A DNA stretch of 12,421 nt, from the IMG/VR virus record IMGVR_UViG_2728369183_000006; one strand, 5' to 3'. Position numbers and translations under genes: made by a program. Origin of the DNA: a virus (Duplodnaviria > Heunggongvirae > Uroviricota > Caudoviricetes). Every line of letters starts with the position of its first letter. The stretch's first letter is position 1. The notes beneath the pieces were generated by a model. The model was not told the DNA's origin and ran no database searches. It saw only the letters and a program-made list of their open reading frames with translations. Shown here piece by piece: positions 7,333 to 12,421 of the stretch.

Positions 7333-10300
7333 ATGGCAGTAAAGATTTCAGGTGTACTGAAAGACGGCACAGGAAAACCGGTACAGAACTGCACAATCCA
7401 GCTGAAAGCAAAACGTAACAGCACCACGGTGGTGGTGAACACGCTGGCCTCAGAAAATCCGGATGAAGCCGGGCGTTACAGCATGGACGTTGAGTACGGT
7501 CAGTACAGCGTTATTCTGTTGGTGGAAGGATTCCCGCCGTCACATGCCGGGACCATCACCGTGTATGAAGATTCCCGACCCGGTACGCTGAATGATTTTC
7601 TCGGTGCCATGACGGAGGATGATGCCCGTCCTGAGGCACTGCGCCGCTTTGAACTGATGGTGGAAGAGGTGGCGCGTAACGCGTCCGCGGTGGCACAGAA
7701 CACGGCAGCCGCGAAGAAATCAGCCAGCGATGCCAGCACATCAGCCCGTGAGGCGGCAACCCGTGCGACTGATGCTGCAGGCTCAGCACGAGCAGCCAGC
7801 ACGTCAGCCGGACAGGCCGCTTCGTCGGCTCAGTCTGCGTCTTCCAGCGCAGGAACGGCATCAGCAAAGGCCACTGAAGCATCAAAAAGTGCTGCCGCTG
7901 CAGAGTCCTCAAAAAGCGCGGCGGCCACCAGTGCCGGTGCGGCGAAAACGTCAGAAACGAATGCGGCAGCGTCACAACAATCAGCTGCCACTTCTGCATC
8001 CACCGCGACCACGAAAGCGTCAGAAGCAGCCACCTCAGCCAGAGATGCGTCGGCTTCAAAAGAGGCGGCAAAATTATCAGAAACGAGCGCAGCCTCGAGC
8101 GCCAGTAATGCCGCTTCCTCGGCAACGGCGGCAGGAAATTCCGCGAAGGCGGCAAAGACGTCTGAGACAAACGCTAAGTCCTCTGAAACGGCAGCAGCAC
8201 AGAGTGCCTCCGCAGCAGCAGGCTCAAAAACAGCGGCTGCGTCGTCTGCCAGTGCAGCGTCAACAAGTGCCGGGCAGGCCTCAGCCAGTGCTAGCGCCGC
8301 CGGAAAATCGGCAGAAAGCGCCGCATCGTCCGCTTCAACAGCCACAACGAAGGCTGGCGAAGCCACTGAACAGGCCAGTGCAGCAGCGAGGTCTGCTTCC
8401 GCAGCGAAGACATCGGAGACGAACGCGAAAGCGTCGGAGACCAGCGCAGAATCCTCAAAAACGGCTGCCGCATCGTCCGCCAGTTCGGCGGCGTCATCGG
8501 CATCATCGGCGTCTGCTTCAAAAGATGAGGCGACCAGACAGGCGTCAGCAGCGAAGGGCAGCGCCACGACAGCATCCGCGAAGGCGACAGAGGCAGCTGG
8601 CAGTGCGACGGCGGCAGCACAGAGCAAAAGTACGGCGGAATCCGCGGCAACGCGCGCCGAGACAGCGGCAAAACGGGCAGAGGATATTGCATCCGCCGTG
8701 GCGCTTGAGGATGCAAGTACGACGAAAAAGGGGATAGTACAGCTCAGCAGTGCGACCAACATCACATCTGAAACGCTTGCCGCGACACCGAAGGCAGTTA
8801 AAGCAGCGAATGACAATGCGAATGGCAGGGTACCATCTAACCGAAAAGTTAACGGGAAAGCACTGACTGCGGATATAACATTAACACCGAAAGATATTGG
8901 CACTTTAAATTCAGTAACGATCTCTTTCTCTGGCGGGGCTGGGTGGTTCAAACTGGCAACGGTTACCATGCCACAAGCGAGTTCCATCGTTTACATCGCA
9001 TTGATTGGTGGCGCTGGTTACAACGTCGGTTCCCCACATCAGGCAGGCATTTCAGAACTGGTTCTACGAGCAGGCAATGGAAACCCCAAAGGAATTACCG
9101 GGGCTTTGTGGAAGCGTACAGCCGTCGGATTAACGAATTTCGCCTGGATCAACACATCCGGCGATACATATGATATTTACGTTGAGATTGGCAATTATGC
9201 GACGAGTGTAAATATCCATTGGGATTGTACTGCAAATGCGTCAGTTTCTATTTATACCTCGCCAACATATTCAGCGAGTAAGCCTTCCAGCGTTACCGGT
9301 GGTGTTGTTTATACGATGTATAGCTCACATCAGAAACCTACACCATCAGATATTGGAGCGCTGCCAACGACTGGAGGGACTATTTCAGGTCCGTTGTCTG
9401 TTACTGATGGGATCACCGGGGCACTGAAGGGGAACGCCGATACCGCGACGAAACTTGCGGCAGCCCCAAAAATTAACGGTGTTAAGTTTGATGGCTCGGC
9501 GGATATTAACCTCACGCCGGAAAATATTGGTGCATTTGCCCGACGTTCGACGGGGGCTTATGCGGATTCGAATGGAGCCGTTCCCTGGAATGCCGAATCA
9601 GGCGCTTACAATGTCGCCCGCTCTGGCGACAGCTATATTCTGGTTAACTTCTATACCGGAGTCGGAAGTTGCCGGACCCTGCAGATGAAGGCGCATTACA
9701 GAAATCGTGGTCTGTTCTACCGTTCTTCAAGAGACGGTTATGGTTTTGAGGAAGACTGGGCAGAAGTTTATACCTCGAAAAATCTTCCACCAGAAAGCTA
9801 CCCAGTTGGCGCACCAATCCCGTGGCCATCAGATACCGTTCCGTCTGGTTATGCCCTGATGCAGGGGCAGACTTTTAACAAATCTGCCTACCCGAAACTT
9901 GCAGCGGCTTATCCGTCAGGCGTGATCCCTGATATGCGTGGCTGGACGATTAAGGGCAAACCCGCCAGTGGCCGGGCCGTATTGTCTCAGGAACAGGACG
10001 GCATAAAATCGCACACCCACAGCGCCAGCGCATCCAGTACGGATTTGGGGACGAAAACCACATCGTCGTTTGATTACGGCACTAAATCCACGAATAACAC
10101 CGGGGCGCATACGCACAGTCTGAGTGGCTCTACGGGGTCTGCCGGTGTTCATACTCATGGTAATGGTATTCGTTGGCCAGGAGGCGGCGGTTCTGCGTTA
10201 GCATTTTATGATGGCGGTGGGTTCACTTATGTCCAGAATTCACAGTATCAAGTAAGCCCGGAGACTTCTTCCTATAGATCGTATTATCAACGTATTCAGA

Positions 10301-10503
10301 CACAGTCAGCAGGTGCTCATACCCACTCGCTGTCTGGTACTGCAGCAAGTTCTGGCGCACATGCACATACTGTAGGTATTGGTGCGCATACGCACTCCGT
10401 TGCGATTGGTTCACATGGACACACCATCACCGTTAACGCTGCGGGTAACGCGGAAAACACCGTCAAAAACATCGCATTTAACTATATTGTGAGGCTTGCA
10501 TAA
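7333..10503 (+). CDS. stf: Side tail fibre protein Stf (long form, about 1056 aa)
   Basis: N-terminus [37 protein letters not shown] and C-terminus ...[31 protein letters not shown] match lambda Stf from memory. ATG 7333 is preferred over the GTG at 7327. It contains an Ala/Ser-rich repetitive shaft, [22 protein letters not shown]-type fibre repeats and His-rich HxH motifs. Confidence 0.88.
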   Translation: MAVKISGVLKDGTGKPVQNCTIQLKAKRNSTTVVVNTLASENPDEAGRYSMDVEYGQYSVILLVEGFPPSHAGTITVYEDSRPGTLNDFLGAMTEDDARPEALRRFELMVEEVARNASAVAQNTAAAKKSASDASTSAREAATRATDAAGSARAASTSAGQAASSAQSASSSAGTASAKATEASKSAAAAESSKSAAATSAGAAKTSETNAAASQQSAATSASTATTKASEAATSARDASASKEAAKLSETSAASSASNAASSATAAGNSAKAAKTSETNAKSSETAAAQSASAAAGSKTAAASSASAASTSAGQASASASAAGKSAESAASSASTATTKAGEATEQASAAARSASAAKTSETNAKASETSAESSKTAAASSASSAASSASSASASKDEATRQASAAKGSATTASAKATEAAGSATAAAQSKSTAESAATRAETAAKRAEDIASAVALEDASTTKKGIVQLSSATNITSETLAATPKAVKAANDNANGRVPSNRKVNGKALTADITLTPKDIGTLNSVTISFSGGAGWFKLATVTMPQASSIVYIALIGGAGYNVGSPHQAGISELVLRAGNGNPKGITGALWKRTAVGLTNFAWINTSGDTYDIYVEIGNYATSVNIHWDCTANASVSIYTSPTYSASKPSSVTGGVVYTMYSSHQKPTPSDIGALPTTGGTISGPLSVTDGITGALKGNADTATKLAAAPKINGVKFDGSADINLTPENIGAFARRSTGAYADSNGAVPWNAESGAYNVARSGDSYILVNFYTGVGSCRTLQMKAHYRNRGLFYRSSRDGYGFEEDWAEVYTSKNLPPESYPVGAPIPWPSDTVPSGYALMQGQTFNKSAYPKLAAAYPSGVIPDMRGWTIKGKPASGRAVLSQEQDGIKSHTHSASASSTDLGTKTTSSFDYGTKSTNNTGAHTHSLSGSTGSAGVHTHGNGIRWPGGGGSALAFYDGGGFTYVQNSQYQVSPETSSYRSYYQRIQTQSAGAHTHSLSGTAASSGAHAHTVGIGAHTHSVAIGSHGHTITVNAAGNAENTVKNIAFNYIVRLA
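7680..8720 (+). repeat. GC-rich Ala/Ser/Thr low-complexity coding repeats within stf
   Basis: Reiterated AAKTSETNA-type units recur at about 7943, 8152 and 8404 with differing synonymous codons. The region produces long spurious ORFs in other frames on both strands. Confidence 0.6.
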
Positions 10504-11087
10504 TGGCATTCAGAATGAGTGAACAAGCACGGACCATAAAAATTTATAATCTGCTGGCCGGAACTAATGAATTTATTGGTGAAGGTGACGCATATATTCC
10601 GCCTCATACAGGTCTGCCAGCAAACAGTACCGATATTGCACCACCAGATATTCCTGCTGGCTTTGTGGCTGTTTTCAACAGTGATGAGGCATCGTGGCAT
10701 CTCGTTGAAGACCATCGGGGGAAAACGGTTTATGACGTAGCGTCAGGGGACGAGTTATTTATTTCTGAACTCGGTCCGTTACCGGAAAATGTTACCTGGT
10801 TATCGCCGGAAGGGGAGTTTCAGAAGTGGAACGGCACAGCCTGGGTGAAGGATACGGAAGCAGAAAAACTGTTCCGGATCCGGGAGGCGGAAGAAACAAA
10901 AAACAACCTGATGCAGGTAGCCAGTGAGCATATTGCGCCGCTTCAGGATGCTGCAGATCTGGAAATTGCAACGGAGGAAGAAACCTCATTGCTGGAAGCC
11001 TGGAAAAAGTATCGGGTGTTGCTGAACCGTGTTGATACATCAACTGCACCTGATATTGAGTGGCCTACGAACCCTGTCAGGGAGTAA
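10503..11087 (+). CDS. tfa: Tail fibre assembly protein Tfa
   Basis: 194-aa translation ([54 protein letters not shown]...) matches lambda Tfa from memory. Its ATG overlaps the stf stop (TAATG at 10501-10505). Confidence 0.9.
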   Translation: MAFRMSEQARTIKIYNLLAGTNEFIGEGDAYIPPHTGLPANSTDIAPPDIPAGFVAVFNSDEASWHLVEDHRGKTVYDVASGDELFISELGPLPENVTWLSPEGEFQKWNGTAWVKDTEAEKLFRIREAEETKNNLMQVASEHIAPLQDAADLEIATEEETSLLEAWKKYRVLLNRVDTSTAPDIEWPTNPVRE

Positions 11088-11137
11088 TCATTGGGATTAT
11101 GCCGCAGCACGTCTTAAGCAAGAACGTGCTGCGGTTG
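10922..11137 (+). repeat. Direct repeat copy A: tfa 3' end plus downstream hairpin
   Basis: About 216 bp that align by eye with 11971-12186 at roughly 85-90% identity. No computed alignment was made. Confidence 0.7.
11102..11134. terminator. Hairpin between convergent tfa and methyltransferase genes, a possible bidirectional terminator
   Basis: Stem ccgcagcacg (11102-11111) pairs with cgtgctgcgg (11125-11134) around a 13-nt loop. A T-run follows at 11145-11150, overlapping the methyltransferase stop. Confidence 0.45.
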
Positions 11138-11141
11138 GATG

Positions 11142-11810
11142 CTATTTTTTCCCTGAAGCGGAAAACATTACTACAGTACCTTGAACCTTGGTTTTAACAT
11201 TCTCGAAATGCTCTGAGAGTATATGTGTTAAGCCTTCTTCGGAATCTTTTGTGTTTGAAAAGATGCCTTTCTGATTGTAAATGCGCATCAGTTTTTGACC
11301 GAAGCTATTGTGCACAACTCCATCGCCAAGAATTGTGGCTCCGTATAGAGTTCCATCGTCAGTTAAGGCCTGCGCCGCATTGCGTATTACACAGCTTTTT
11401 GTAGATATATTTCCAGGCAGGCAGTGAAGAAGGTAAAACATGGAAATGGAATCAAATTGACCATGTAACGCCGCGGGATAAGGTTCAAAAACATCATGGC
11501 TAATTTTATGTTTAATTTTTGATTCCCCAGCCCTTGTAGATGCCGCGTTCAGGCTAGCTTCGTTCAAATCCATTAAAGATATCAGACTACTCTCAGGTAC
11601 GTGAGTAAGGTAAAACCCAGTTCCAACACCAATATCCAGATGGTTGTTACCTACATGTTCCAGAAAGTGTGGAAGAAGGTGTTCCTTTGTAGGACATCCC
11701 CATGCAAGCCGATTTGATACTCCCAAAACCCACCAGTCATAAAGCTTTAGGGTAAGTGGTGTGTAAATTTTAGCCCCATCATCTGTGTTTTTTTTCATTG
11801 ATTTCACCAT
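11142..11810 (-). CDS. Class I SAM-dependent methyltransferase, unknown substrate (accessory cargo gene)
   Basis: Minus-strand ORF of 222 aa. An alternative start at 11798 (MKKNTDDG...) has a GGTGA-like RBS. Rossmann motif I is present (HLDIGVGTGFY), with an acidic residue after beta2 (SLMD) and a FDSISMFYLLHCLP-type motif. No DPPY/NPPY motif is visible, so a DNA N6/N4-methyltransferase seems unlikely. The segment is AT-rich. Confidence 0.7.
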   Translation of the reverse strand: MVKSMKKNTDDGAKIYTPLTLKLYDWWVLGVSNRLAWGCPTKEHLLPHFLEHVGNNHLDIGVGTGFYLTHVPESSLISLMDLNEASLNAASTRAGESKIKHKISHDVFEPYPAALHGQFDSISMFYLLHCLPGNISTKSCVIRNAAQALTDDGTLYGATILGDGVVHNSFGQKLMRIYNQKGIFSNTKDSEEGLTHILSEHFENVKTKVQGTVVMFSASGKK

Positions 11811-11866
11811 GTTATAGTTTTATTTGTGAATTAAATCAATTATGGCGATGAATTACAAGGGGTTAA

Positions 11867-12136
11867 ATGCTGCCGCAGCATAGCGATATTGAAATAGCCT
11901 GGTATGCTTCGATACAGCAGGAGCCGAATGGCTGGAAGACCGTCACCACACAGTTCTACATCCAGGAATTCAGTGAGTATATTGCGCCACTGCAGGATGC
12001 TGTAGATCTGGAAATCGCAACGGAGGAAGAAAGATCGTTGCTGGAGGCATGGAATAAATATCGGGTATTGTTGAATCGTGTTGATACATCAACTGCACCT
12101 GATATTGAGTGGCCTGCAAACCCTGTCAGGGAGTAA
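11867..12136 (+). CDS. Tfa-like ORF (89 aa): novel 36-aa N-terminus fused to a conserved Tfa C-terminal domain; possibly a functional mini-Tfa or a remnant
   Basis: The C-terminal 54 aa ([54 protein letters not shown]) differ from the tfa C-terminus at only about 5 positions. An AAGGGG RBS lies 4 nt upstream of the ATG. Confidence 0.5.
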   Translation: MLPQHSDIEIAWYASIQQEPNGWKTVTTQFYIQEFSEYIAPLQDAVDLEIATEEERSLLEAWNKYRVLLNRVDTSTAPDIEWPANPVRE

Positions 12137-12186
12137 TCATTGGGATTATGCCGCAGACACGTCGTATGCAGGAACGTGCTGCGGTT
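11971..12186 (+). repeat. Direct repeat copy B: tfa-like 3' end plus downstream hairpin
   Basis: Aligns by eye with 10922-11137. It includes an imperfect copy of the hairpin (ccgcagacacgt...acgtgctgcgg at 12151-12184). Confidence 0.7.
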
Positions 12187-12250
12187 AGTTTGTGAGCTTT
12201 CGATAGTGGTTGTTATTTTTGCCCTTATTTGTTCCGGAGGCCATGGTTCA

Positions 12251-12421
12251 ATGGTCCGTCTGCCCCCTGTGGTGATGTCAGCAAAATCAGCCACTGCGCG
12301 AACCACAATAGCCCGGGAAGATGCTGAAGATCACCAGGTAAAGCTGTCAGCGCAGAAACTGGAAGAACTGCTCGCATCAATGGTTAAGGATGAGGTTGAT
12401 CGCAATGATGGGATTTATTGA
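12251..12421 (+). CDS. Small hypothetical protein (56 aa) ending exactly at the window edge
   Basis: ATG at 12251 is preceded by GGAGG (12236-12240) and an AT-rich stretch with a weak TTGTGA-N17/18-TATTTT promoter-like pattern (12190-12219). The translation MVRLPPVVMSAKSATARTTIAREDAEDHQVKLSAQKLEELLASMVKDEVDRNDGIY is hydrophilic and charged. I recognise no homolog. Confidence 0.35.
   Translation: MVRLPPVVMSAKSATARTTIAREDAEDHQVKLSAQKLEELLASMVKDEVDRNDGIY

Noticed and set aside
7556-8987. Long ORFs in alternative frames and on the minus strand across the stf shaft (7730-8737 +, Arg/Pro-rich; 7830-8987 -, Ala-rich; 7556-8170 -; 8291-8716 -; 7500-7802 -)
   Set aside because: They lie entirely within the GC-rich repetitive stf coding region and have extreme low-complexity composition. 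The stf frame has clear homology to lambda Stf; the others are compositional artefacts.
10482-11049. Minus-strand ORFs 10482-10715 and 10792-11049 antisense to tfa, and 9916-10158 / 10223-10414 antisense to the stf 3' end
   Set aside because: They are antisense to well-supported genes and show no independent signals.
10922-12186. Possibility that the duplicated tfa ends mark a Pin/Gin/Cin-type invertible tail-fibre segment
   Set aside because: The repeats are direct, not inverted. No recombinase or invertase gene and no alternative fibre C-terminal exon are present in the window.
11956-12306. Minus-strand 116-aa ORF overlapping the Tfa-like ORF and the downstream hairpin
   Set aside because: It overlaps the conserved tfa-derived repeat, whose conservation is explained by the plus-strand Tfa frame, and it has no RBS.
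1-12421. CRISPR arrays, tRNA or rRNA genes, integrase or attachment sites
   Set aside because: I found no short regularly spaced direct repeats, no cloverleaf-like tRNA candidates and no recombinase-like ORF. The window is almost fully occupied by tail genes and morons.

Overview
This window is the distal tail-tip / tail-fibre end of a lambdoid (phage lambda-like) prophage late operon, probably from an enterobacterial host. Gene order on the + strand is: H (3' end, tape measure) - M - L - K - I - [AT-rich lipoprotein moron] - J - lom - stf - tfa, followed by an AT-rich accessory region with a minus-strand SAM-dependent methyltransferase, a second chimeric Tfa-like ORF and a small unknown ORF. 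Protein identifications rest on the supplied translations compared with my memory of lambda gpH/M/L/K/I/J/Lom/Stf/Tfa; no database search was run. Three N-runs (744-878, 3197-3268, 3881-3890) interrupt L and J and break the reading frame, apparently as gap-size artefacts. The two most interesting loci are the methyltransferase cassette bracketed by diverged direct repeats of the tfa 3' end (about 10922-12186) and the lipoprotein moron inserted between I and J (2602-3064). Both are low-GC insertions by eye and I cannot assign a function to either. No CRISPR array, tRNA, rRNA, integrase or invertase was seen.
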